Shown here: positions 56,587-64,000 of the stretch, in pieces | How positions within the stretch are numbered: position 1 is the stretch's first letter | Layout of the letters: each line of letters starts with the position of its first letter | Position numbers and translations under genes: made by a program | Notes under the pieces: model-generated | The model's input: the letters and a program-made list of their open reading frames with translations, nothing else | The model's database searches: none | Told to the model about the DNA's origin: nothing | Origin: an uncultured Verrucomicrobiae bacterium | GTDB lineage: Bacteria; Verrucomicrobiota; Verrucomicrobiia; Chthoniobacterales; UBA10450 | Assembly (NCBI GenBank): GCA_963756875.1 | Contig: CAVWPA010000003.1 | Location: forward strand, 1,184,001 to 1,248,000 | Length of the DNA: 64,000 bases | Direction of reading: 5' to 3'

Positions 56587-57669
56587 ATGAAGAAGATCAT
56601 ATATCGATCTTTGGTCGCGCTTTGCTATATCGCGCAGGTCCATGCAGAGGCCCCACGCGTCGCCGTGCCTCCTGCGGGTAGACTCTATCACGGACTTTAT
56701 TGGGGCGGCGTTGGCACGGATACTCACGATCCGACCGAGCACGATGTCACGCCCGCGGACGTCGCCCGTTATGAAAAAGCTGTCGGTAAGCAGGCGGCCT
56801 GGGTCTATTTTTCCGATAACTGGTTCGAATCGCGGAAATTTCCGGCCACGATGTGCGGATGGATCCGCGATCTCGGAAAGGTTCCTTATGTTCGTTTGAT
56901 GCTCCGCTCAGATGTCGATCAGCGTCACGCGGAGAAAGAATTCTCACTCCAAAAGATCATTGCAGGAGAGTTCGACGCCGATCTTCGCGAATGGGCGCGT
57001 GACGCCACACAATTTGGGTCGCCGATTCTGATCGAATGGGGGACGGAACCCAACGGAAGCTGGTTCAGCTGGAACGGCAAATGGAACGGCGGCGCGGGCG
57101 AGGGGCCGCGGCGCTACATTGCTGCGTATCGGCACATTGTGGATGTGATGCGCGCGGAAGGAGCGGCGAACCTGCAATGGGTCTGGCACGTGAACTGGTT
57201 CGACGAACCCGAGCGAAAATGGAACGCATTCGAGAATTATTTTCCAGGCGACAATTACTGCGACTGGGTCGCGCTAAGCGCTTACGGGCCGACCACACCG
57301 CGGATGCATGACGGCACCGAGAGTTTCGCATTCAAAATGCGCGAAGCCTATCCACGCCTGACAAAAATCGCCCCCGGCAAACCGATCATTGTTGCCGAAT
57401 TCGGGTGCGATCTACACAACCGCCGTGTGGACGTCGCGCGATGGGCGAAAAGCGCTCTGGCAGATTTATTGTCAAATCGATGGCCGGCAGTGATCGGATT
57501 CTGCTGGTGGAACGAGGGCTGGCAAAATGACGACATCAAAAAACACGATACCGACATGATCGTTCTCCACGATGCCAATCTGACCCGCGTTTTTCGGGAT
57601 GAATTCGCGAAGTATGCCGACAAAATTCAGGAGACGCCGATTATCAAAGCCACAGATGAACACAGATGA
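56587..57669 (+). CDS. Glycoside hydrolase family 26-like (beta-mannanase-type) protein
   Basis: I.AG.FD..L..WA, EPNGSWFSW, YFPGD.Y.DW..LS.Y and KPIIVAEFG motifs. Confidence 0.82.
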   Translation: MKKIIYRSLVALCYIAQVHAEAPRVAVPPAGRLYHGLYWGGVGTDTHDPTEHDVTPADVARYEKAVGKQAAWVYFSDNWFESRKFPATMCGWIRDLGKVPYVRLMLRSDVDQRHAEKEFSLQKIIAGEFDADLREWARDATQFGSPILIEWGTEPNGSWFSWNGKWNGGAGEGPRRYIAAYRHIVDVMRAEGAANLQWVWHVNWFDEPERKWNAFENYFPGDNYCDWVALSAYGPTTPRMHDGTESFAFKMREAYPRLTKIAPGKPIIVAEFGCDLHNRRVDVARWAKSALADLLSNRWPAVIGFCWWNEGWQNDDIKKHDTDMIVLHDANLTRVFRDEFAKYADKIQETPIIKATDEHR

Positions 57670-57725
57670 AACACTGATTTATCGTTTCGGTCTGAATCTG
57701 TGAAAATCTGTGGTAATCTGTGGCT
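57648..57725. repeat. 9-10-mer tandem-repeat hairpin (CACAGATGAA) overlapping the GH26 stop
   Basis: AGCCACAGATGAACACAGATGAAACACTGATTT...AATCTGTGAAAATCTGTGGTAATCTGTGGCT. Confidence 0.8.
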
Positions 57726-57733
57726 GAAAATCC

Positions 57734-58144
57734 ATGGTCCAAGTTTCGATCAAATACACTGGCGACCTGCATTGCGATGCCACGCACGGCCCGTCGCAAT
57801 CGACGATTGCTACGGATGCGCCGACTGATAACAAGGGAAAGGGTGAATCGTTTTCACCCACTGATCTTGTGGCAACTGCGCTCGCAACCTGCATCAGCAC
57901 GACCATGGGAATCAAGGCGGAGACGCTTGGGGTTGATCTCAAAGGGATGACCGTCGATGTGACGAAGGAAATGTCCAAGGACGCGCCACGCCGCATCGTG
58001 GGCCTGCCGTCCGAAGTGCACATTCCGCTTCCCGCCGATTGCGAGCATCGCGAACTGCTCGAGCAGACGGCTCTCAATTGTCCGGTGCACAAAAGCCTTC
58101 CGCCCGAGATCAACCGCCCGACGAAATTCTTCTGGGAAGGTTGA
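57734..58144 (+). CDS. OsmC family protein
   Basis: TDAP.DN.GKGESFSPTDL.ATALATC...CPVHKSL. Confidence 0.9.
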   Translation: MVQVSIKYTGDLHCDATHGPSQSTIATDAPTDNKGKGESFSPTDLVATALATCISTTMGIKAETLGVDLKGMTVDVTKEMSKDAPRRIVGLPSEVHIPLPADCEHRELLEQTALNCPVHKSLPPEINRPTKFFWEG

Positions 58145-58215
58145 CCGCCGTAGCCGCTTGCGAAGCGCGGCACTGGCATGGTCAGGCTCGCGCGCTCAAT
58201 CTCACGACGGCCCTT

Positions 58216-58352
58216 GTCATTCCCAGCGGAGTCGAGGAATGGAGCGAGCTGGGAAGCCGCGACATAGACGGGCAGACCGAGAGGTCGAGCGAGCGGGGAC
58301 CGAGCGAGTCAATCTCTTACTGTTATCCCAAAAACAATGAGAGATGTCTCGA
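58216..58352. repeat. GTCA-type palindromic element interrupted by a nested insert
   Basis: GTCATTCCCAGCGGAGTCGAGG-AAT-[70 bp]-AAT-CTCT...AGAGATGTCTCGA. Confidence 0.55.
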
Positions 58353-58540
58353 GGTTCTTCCGGAAAAACACCGAGGCGTTCGCAGCGACTATTTCTTCGA
58401 CTTTTCGCTTCTTGCTTCGGCCGCTTGCTGCCTTGGATTTTCGGTCGCCCAATTCTTGATCTTCATAATGAAGATTGGAGTTCGCCGGCCGCGGGCTCGT
58501 TCAAAATCGCCTCGTCACCTGTCAGGCGATCCCCCGCATC

Positions 58541-59497
58541 TCAGCTCCGGCTTTTGTTTTCCGGATACAACCACTTCACGTAGTCGGCCACGCCGCGTTC
58601 AAGGGAAAACCGCGGCTCGTAACCGAGCGCATCGTGCGCCCTGGTCAGATCGGCCTCGGTAAAGTTTTGATAATGCGCGTGCGGGTTGTCGATGTAGTCG
58701 GGCTGGAACTTTGTGCCGAGAGATTTGTTCAGGATGTCGATCAGCTCGTTGAACGAGCGGGCTTTGCCGGAACCGAGATTGTAAATTCCGCTTTGTTTTG
58801 CTTTCAGCGCACTGATGCTTCCTTCGACTGCATCTCTTACATAAACGAAGTCGCGTTTCTGCTCCCCTTGCTTGAAGATGCGTGGCCGCTGTCCCGCCTT
58901 CATCTGTTTCGACAAATGGTAGATCATGCTCGCGGGGACGCCTTTATGCGCTTCGCGTGGGCCGTAGACATTGAAATACCGCAGGCCGACAATGACCCAG
59001 TCGGAAAATTCCTCCGCTTCGCGCGTGGCGATATTGTCCATGATCGCCTTCGAAAATGCATAGACGTTTGCCGGCGCGGCCCCGTTGGATTCCACGCTGG
59101 CCTCTGTCGCTGGCCCGTAGGTCGCTGCAGAGGACGCATAAATAATCCGCGTTCTGTTCGGTTGTGCGAAATTCAGAATGCGCCGGAAACTTTCGACGTT
59201 GTCGTGCACCTGCTCGAATTGGTCGTGGTTGGTCGTGTCGGTAATGGACGCGAGATGAAAGATGGCGTCGAAAGCGTTGTCTCCGAATTGTTCGCGCCAA
59301 TCGAGCGTGGCCAGGTTTTGCGCCACGAGATCGCCGCGGTACCCAACGAGGTTCTTGAAGTCGCCGGAACGAAAATCGTCGATCACGGTCAGGCGCGCGT
59401 CAGGGAACTTTTCCTGCAGCGCAAGAGTAAGATTGGAGCCGATAAAACCGGCGCCGCCCGTGACGACAAAATTAGGAGCAGAATCTGACAAGGACAC
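58541..59497 (-). CDS. hldD: ADP-L-glycero-D-manno-heptose 6-epimerase
   Basis: TGGAGFIGS, YASSAATYG, NVYAFSK, LRYFNVYGPREAHKG and YQNFTEAD motifs. Confidence 0.92.
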   Translation of the reverse strand: MSLSDSAPNFVVTGGAGFIGSNLTLALQEKFPDARLTVIDDFRSGDFKNLVGYRGDLVAQNLATLDWREQFGDNAFDAIFHLASITDTTNHDQFEQVHDNVESFRRILNFAQPNRTRIIYASSAATYGPATEASVESNGAAPANVYAFSKAIMDNIATREAEEFSDWVIVGLRYFNVYGPREAHKGVPASMIYHLSKQMKAGQRPRIFKQGEQKRDFVYVRDAVEGSISALKAKQSGIYNLGSGKARSFNELIDILNKSLGTKFQPDYIDNPHAHYQNFTEADLTRAHDALGYEPRFSLERGVADYVKWLYPENKSRS

Positions 59498-59588
59498 AGT
59501 GAAAGTTTGCTGGCTTGATTAAATAAGTCTTGAGCGGCCAAGCGCAAGCAGCTACTTATCGAGCCGGTTCTTTGCGAGCTTAAAAAAA

Positions 59589-60014
59589 GAGTGGAGCGGC
59601 GCGAGAAATCCCGTGCGAATCGGGAGCAGTTGCGCTGCTGTAACTGGATACGACTTCCCAGGGCCAATCGTTGTAGTGGCAGGCGTGACGCCTGCCACAC
59701 TCTGGCAGTGCCCCGAAAGCATTCGGGGCGGCCACAGAAGAGCGGTGAAGGCGGGAAGAAGGTGAAAGTTAGTTGAGGGTTGAGTGTTGAGAGTTGAGAG
59801 AAGGCGGAAAGCTGTCTTTGGCTCTCATCTTTCAACTAAAGACTCTCAACTTCTTCGAAAGCCAGGAGCCAGAATATTCGACCGTTTCCACCTCATTCGC
59901 CAGCGTGACGCTGGACCCGGATCTGAACGATTTGGGTTCGCCGTGTCGCTGCAACCGATTCCGGAATCCGCCAGTCCGGCTCGGACCGCGAAAAAACTTC
60001 TTCGCAAAAAGAAG
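59589..60014 (+). promoter_or_regulatory. Cobalamin riboswitch, expanded by inserted repeats
   Basis: Contains GAGAAA-TCCCGTGCGAATCGGGA (T-loop hairpin), GCAG-TTGCG-CTGC-TGTAA, GGCCACAG, GGGAAG and the B12-box-like GAGCCAGAATA. GAGTGGAGCGG pairs with CCGTTTCCACCTC. It lies upstream of a TonB receptor. Confidence 0.82.
59771..59851. repeat. Heptamer (GTTGAGN) tandem-repeat hairpin inside the riboswitch
   Basis: AGTTGAGG GTTGAGT GTTGAGA GTTGAGAG...CTCTCATCTTTCAACTAAAGACTCTCAACT. Confidence 0.75.
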
Positions 60015-60088
60015 AATGAGAGCTGGGCGATGCGCCCCGCCTCGGCGGGACAAACAAGTCCGACTCTCGGAGTTGGAGGAAACTTGTT

Positions 60089-62164
60089 ATGCAAAATCGT
60101 CCAGGATCTGTTTTTGTCCGGGGGAGCGCGCGCGTCTCGCGTGCTGGTTTTGGCCTCTGGCCAAAACATACTTTGCTTGTGCCAGCAATGCGGTCGCGCA
60201 CGCATTTATTGCGCGGTACCGTTTTTAGAAAGTTCGTTTCGGCGCGACGCCGAAACCAGCACGCGGGACGCGTGCGCTACCCAAAGATCGGGAACACGAT
60301 CTCTCTCGGTTTAGCGTTCGTCGCCGTTACCGGGGCGTTGCACTGCATCGCGCAGCAGCCGTCGCCATCGCCAGGCGAAGCCCAGGCCGAGCCGGTCGTT
60401 GTTTCGGCAACCAGATTCGACATTCCGCTCGATCAGTCGCCCGCATCGATCAGCGTTGTCAGTTCCCAGGATCTCGATCAAAGGCAGATCGATCGCGTGG
60501 CGGACGCGTTGCGCGAAGTGCCCGGGCTTTCGGTCGTTCAAACTGGAACACAAGGCCAGCTCACTTCCGTTTTCATGCGCGGACTTCCGAGTGAAGATCT
60601 GCAGGTTCTGCTCGACGGCATACCGATTAATCAGGGCCTGTCGGGGGCGTTTAATTTTGCCGACCTGACAATTGACGATATCGACCGCATTGAAGTTGCG
60701 CGGGGTCCGCAAAGTACGCTCTACGGACCGCGCTCGCTCGCGGGGGTCATTCAACTTTTTACGAGGCAAGGCACCGGAACACCCAGTGTTACTCTGAGCA
60801 CCGAGGCAGGAAGCTACGATACATTCCGCGAAGCGCTCCAGAGCGACGGGAGAATCGGCGATTTCGATTACGCGCTAGGGGCGAGTCGCATCGACACGGA
60901 TAACGCGCGGCCGAATAACGACTATCGCAACAGCGCGGCCACTGCGGACGTAGGCTGGTCGCCTGACGCACATCTGCGAATTGGAAGTTTGTTCGTCTAT
61001 TCGGAAAGCGAAACCGGAAACCCGAATTCGATCTTCGATCCGAAGCCGATCGATCATTTTTTGACCGAGCATTGGCTGATTGGGCCGCATTTCGATGTTC
61101 GGATCGCGGATTGGTGGGATCACAAGTTGATTTTCGATTACGATCACGAACGCCAGGTAAACAACCCAAACCAGGATGGATTCGTCGGACCTACGCGGGC
61201 CCTTTTTGAACGCACAACAATCGATTATCAAAACAACCTGCGGCCCACCTCGTGGCTCACGCTTACCAGCGGGCTGTTTTACAACACGATCAAGGCCGGG
61301 CAGGAACGTCCATTTGTCTCGCAAGCATTTGGACCGCAGCCAAAGTTCATTGGCGACGAGGTTCAAGAGAATGCGGTTTTTGCCCAGGCTACGGTGAATA
61401 TTCGGAATTTTATTCTCGTAACGGGCGGGCGCCTCGATGAGTTCAATCAGTTCGGCGATGTTTGGACGTATCGAGTTGCGACCAGCTACAAAATCGACAG
61501 AACAAACACCACGTTGCATTCAAGTGTCGCCACCGGATTCAGTCCGCCGAGCAGTCAGGACAAGATTTTTGGCAACAACTTCAATCTCAAGCCTGAAAAG
61601 GATTTTGGCTGGGACATGGGATTCGAACAGCGACTCTGGGAGAACAGGGTGATCGCCGGGGCCACATATTTTCACAATGATTTGTCGAACGTTATTGGGT
61701 TTAACGGCCAGTTTAAAACGCTCAACCTTGGCGCGGCCGAAACTCAGGGCTTGGAGACGGAATTACGCGTCCAGCCGACTCCCGATGTTACGCTGAAAGC
61801 GAGCTACACTTATCTCGAAGCTGAGAAAACATCCCTGGCGGATATTTCGCAGTTGCAGGGCGCGCGTTTGCCGCGGCGGCCGAGAAATGAAGTTTATGTA
61901 TCCGCGTCGTATCTTTGGTGCAAGAAACTGCGCACCACCATCGAGGCCAAATGGGTCAACGCGCGCGAGGAACTGAATTTCGGCGGACCGAATTTCGACA
62001 TCGAGGACTACAACTTCGTCAATTTCGCTTCGGAATATGAAATCAACTCGCACTTCTCCGTCTTCGGCCGGATCGACAATCTGACGAACGAGCATTACGC
62101 GGAGGTGTTCGGATTTCCCGCGCCAGGCCGCGCCGCGTACGCGGGAGTAAAGCTGCGGTTTTGA
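60089..62164 (+). CDS. btuB: TonB-dependent receptor, probable vitamin B12 transporter (BtuB-like)
   Basis: TonB box EPVVVSATR, plug motifs (LREVPGL, VLLDGIP, IDRIEVARGPQSTLYG) and C-terminal F. GGAGGA lies upstream of ATG 60089, and the gene follows a cobalamin riboswitch. Confidence 0.85.
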   Translation: MQNRPGSVFVRGSARVSRAGFGLWPKHTLLVPAMRSRTHLLRGTVFRKFVSARRRNQHAGRVRYPKIGNTISLGLAFVAVTGALHCIAQQPSPSPGEAQAEPVVVSATRFDIPLDQSPASISVVSSQDLDQRQIDRVADALREVPGLSVVQTGTQGQLTSVFMRGLPSEDLQVLLDGIPINQGLSGAFNFADLTIDDIDRIEVARGPQSTLYGPRSLAGVIQLFTRQGTGTPSVTLSTEAGSYDTFREALQSDGRIGDFDYALGASRIDTDNARPNNDYRNSAATADVGWSPDAHLRIGSLFVYSESETGNPNSIFDPKPIDHFLTEHWLIGPHFDVRIADWWDHKLIFDYDHERQVNNPNQDGFVGPTRALFERTTIDYQNNLRPTSWLTLTSGLFYNTIKAGQERPFVSQAFGPQPKFIGDEVQENAVFAQATVNIRNFILVTGGRLDEFNQFGDVWTYRVATSYKIDRTNTTLHSSVATGFSPPSSQDKIFGNNFNLKPEKDFGWDMGFEQRLWENRVIAGATYFHNDLSNVIGFNGQFKTLNLGAAETQGLETELRVQPTPDVTLKASYTYLEAEKTSLADISQLQGARLPRRPRNEVYVSASYLWCKKLRTTIEAKWVNAREELNFGGPNFDIEDYNFVNFASEYEINSHFSVFGRIDNLTNEHYAEVFGFPAPGRAAYAGVKLRF
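60121..60282. repeat. Family A palindromic element, copy 4 (in frame in the receptor N-terminus)
   Basis: GGGGAGCGCGCGCGTCTCGCGTGCTGGTTT...AAACCAGCACGCGGGACGCGTGCGCTACCC. Confidence 0.85.
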
Positions 62165-62167
62165 GCT

Positions 62168-62225
62168 GGAGGGACACGCGCTGTCGTGTCCCAAATATTC
62201 GGGCGCCTACAGCGCGTCGCTCTCC
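62168..62225. repeat. GGAG-type REP-like doublet
   Basis: GGAGGGACACGCGCTGTCGTGTCCC...GGGCGCCTACAGCGCGTCGCTCTCC. Confidence 0.65.
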
Positions 62226-62317
62226 GGCAACGGCCGGCGAATTCGACGGCCGCCCCCGGAGGTGCGTCCCTACCTTTGCTTGAATTCCGTGCAACATCGC
62301 TTAATCACGAGAAAGAA

Positions 62318-63343
62318 ATGAGTCCGCTGGTATACGTCCTTATCGGTATCACGCTGCTGGGCGTGGTGGCGGTCCTTTTCGTCTTGATCGGAGATCGAAG
62401 GAAGATGCAGGGACCCGATCAAAGCATGTTGATGTTGCAGCAGCACCTCAATGCACTTCAACAGAGACTGGACGCCTTCGGGCAGACCGTCAGCGAAAAT
62501 CTCCAGCAATCGACAGCGTCAATGAATACGCGGCTCGATAAGGCCGCCGAAGTGGTCGGCGACTTGCGAGAGAAAGTTGGACAGATTCACGAAGTAGGCA
62601 AAGCGGCGCAGGAATTGGTTAACATCATGCGTGCTCCAAAACTTCGTGGCGGAATGAGTGAATTTTTTCTGGGTGACTTGCTTGCCCAAATTCTGCCTCA
62701 GGAGCACTTCACTTTGCAGTATCGCTTTAAGAGCGGCGAGGCCGTTGACGCTGTAATTCGGATCGGTCCGAAATTGGTGTGTGCCGACGCGAAATTTCCG
62801 TATGAAAACTTCAAGCGTGTCATCGACGCTCCGACGGAGGCTGACCGGGTCGCTGCGCGCAAGCAATTCCTGCGGGATGTAAAAAAGCACGTGGACGCAA
62901 TTGCGACCAAATACATTCTGCCGGACGAGGGGACATATGACTTCGCGCTTATGTACATCCCGGCCGAGAACGTTTATTATGAGACGATCATCAAGGAGGA
63001 TGTGGGCGAGGACCGTCAGCTTTTCAGTTATGCGCTTGCCAAACGCGTGATTCCTGTTTCGCCGAACAGTTTTTACGCGTACGTGCAGACTATTCTACTG
63101 GGTTTGCGCGGAATGAAAGTTGAAGAGCGCGCGCAGGAAATTCTGGGGGAATTGTCGCGCCTGCGCGGTGATTTCGAGAAAATCCAGGAGAGCTTTCGCA
63201 TTCTGGGGCGTCACCTGACTAATGCCAGCGGCAGCTATGCGGAGACCGAAAAAACAATGACCAAGCTTGATGCCAAGCTCAGCCAGATCGAGCAGCCGCC
63301 TGTGCGCACAGAGAACGCGCAACAGCCTTCACTTCCGGCTTAG
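62318..63343 (+). CDS. rmuC: DNA recombination protein RmuC
   Basis: N-terminal TM helix and coiled coil; PKLRGG..E, DAKFP, KYILP..GT.DFALMYIPAE and VSPNS motifs. Confidence 0.9.
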   Translation: MSPLVYVLIGITLLGVVAVLFVLIGDRRKMQGPDQSMLMLQQHLNALQQRLDAFGQTVSENLQQSTASMNTRLDKAAEVVGDLREKVGQIHEVGKAAQELVNIMRAPKLRGGMSEFFLGDLLAQILPQEHFTLQYRFKSGEAVDAVIRIGPKLVCADAKFPYENFKRVIDAPTEADRVAARKQFLRDVKKHVDAIATKYILPDEGTYDFALMYIPAENVYYETIIKEDVGEDRQLFSYALAKRVIPVSPNSFYAYVQTILLGLRGMKVEERAQEILGELSRLRGDFEKIQESFRILGRHLTNASGSYAETEKTMTKLDAKLSQIEQPPVRTENAQQPSLPA

Positions 63344-63388
63344 GATGGGTCCGAACTCGACGCGAAGAGAACCGGGTTGATGGAGTAA

Positions 63389-63440
63389 TTGTGGGGCGTT
63401 TCCGCGAAACGCCACGGCGTCTGACACAGACGCCCTATAA
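63389..63440. repeat. GTGG/ATAG REP-like doublet overlapping the DUF885 stop
   Basis: TTGTGGGGCGTTTCCGCGAAACGCC-AC-GGCGTCTGACACAGACGCCCTATAA. Confidence 0.75.
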
Positions 63441-64000
63441 CACGTCGTCCCACTTGCTCTTGTCCTTGAGCATGATTTCGCGCAGCAGGCGAATGGGCGG
63501 CATCCCGTGGTTGAGGAGTTTGTTGTGAAATTCCTGCAGCGAGAACTTGTCACCCTCCTGTGCCTTGTAATCGGCGCGTAGTTTCAGGATCTCCAGTTTG
63601 CCCAGGCTGTAATTGAGATAGAGGGGATCGAACGTCCCTCGCATGGCCTCGGCGTGCGCCGGTTTCTGCTCGTAATAACAATTGTCCTGAAAGAACTTGG
63701 TGGCTTCATCCATGGTCATTTTCTGAGTGTGCATCTTGATTGCAACGCACAGCCGGCATAAACGCAGCATTGCTTCGTCGGTCTGGGCCATGCGATATTT
63801 CGCCGCGCGTTTCAACTCTTCATCGGTGGGCTTGTCGCTGGTTGGGCCGCCATAGCCTTCGTCGATCATCATTTGCTCGCAGTAATGCGCCCAGCCTTCA
63901 ATGAATGCGTAACTGCCGAAAATCTTTTCCACCTTGCTCGCAGGCGATGCGTTCAAGCGCAGGAACTGGACGTAATGTCCGGGGTAAACCTCGTGGATCG
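63435..64000 (-). CDS. DUF885 domain-containing protein (3' part, truncated by the window edge)
   Basis: HEVYPGHYVQ, EGWAHYCE, YSLGKLEI and FH..LL.HG.PPI motifs. Confidence 0.88.
   Translation of the reverse strand, partial: IHEVYPGHYVQFLRLNASPASKVEKIFGSYAFIEGWAHYCEQMMIDEGYGGPTSDKPTDEELKRAAKYRMAQTDEAMLRLCRLCVAIKMHTQKMTMDEATKFFQDNCYYEQKPAHAEAMRGTFDPLYLNYSLGKLEILKLRADYKAQEGDKFSLQEFHNKLLNHGMPPIRLLREIMLKDKSKWDDVL

Noticed and set aside
58389..58466. 25-codon ORF MKIKNWATENPRQQAAEARSEKSKK on the minus strand
   Set aside because: It is too short and has no clear ribosome-binding site or known motif.
58475..59488. 337 aa ORF on the + strand
   Set aside because: It is the antisense shadow of hldD and has no recognisable motifs. 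The same applies to other long antisense ORFs such as 8264-9214, 39880-40938 and 34383-35186.

Overview
A GC-rich, mostly housekeeping bacterial chromosomal segment, most likely Verrucomicrobiota (Chthoniobacterales/Spartobacteria-like). The lineage call is an inference from a Planctomycetes/Verrucomicrobia-type conserved protein at the left edge, an 'SGKEMKQV'-type outer-membrane barrel and the RpoD N-terminus. Genes include an M16 peptidase, mlaEFD, carA, rplT-pheS-pheT followed by 6S RNA, a CHASE2 adenylate cyclase, mpl, a partial type II secretion cluster (gspD, gspE), rpe, mreBCD-mrdA-rng, thiH-thiS, dnaG-rpoD, ribD, recA, alaS, hldD, a cobalamin-riboswitch-controlled TonB receptor and rmuC. 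I found no CRISPR array, tRNA, rRNA, prophage or transposase. The most striking signal is non-coding. Most spacers hold a palindromic element from one of several families: GTAG/GTGG/GGAG REP-like doublets, a 95-162 bp GGG(G/T)AG element, short-period tandem-repeat hairpins, a 181 bp MITE and an 18 bp micro-module. These elements sit in frame inside AlaS and the TonB receptor, lie inside the riboswitch, and supply stop codons or abut start codons. Four single-base frameshifts also occur, three of them at the same CAGGTAC motif, which suggests a methylation-linked sequencing artefact.
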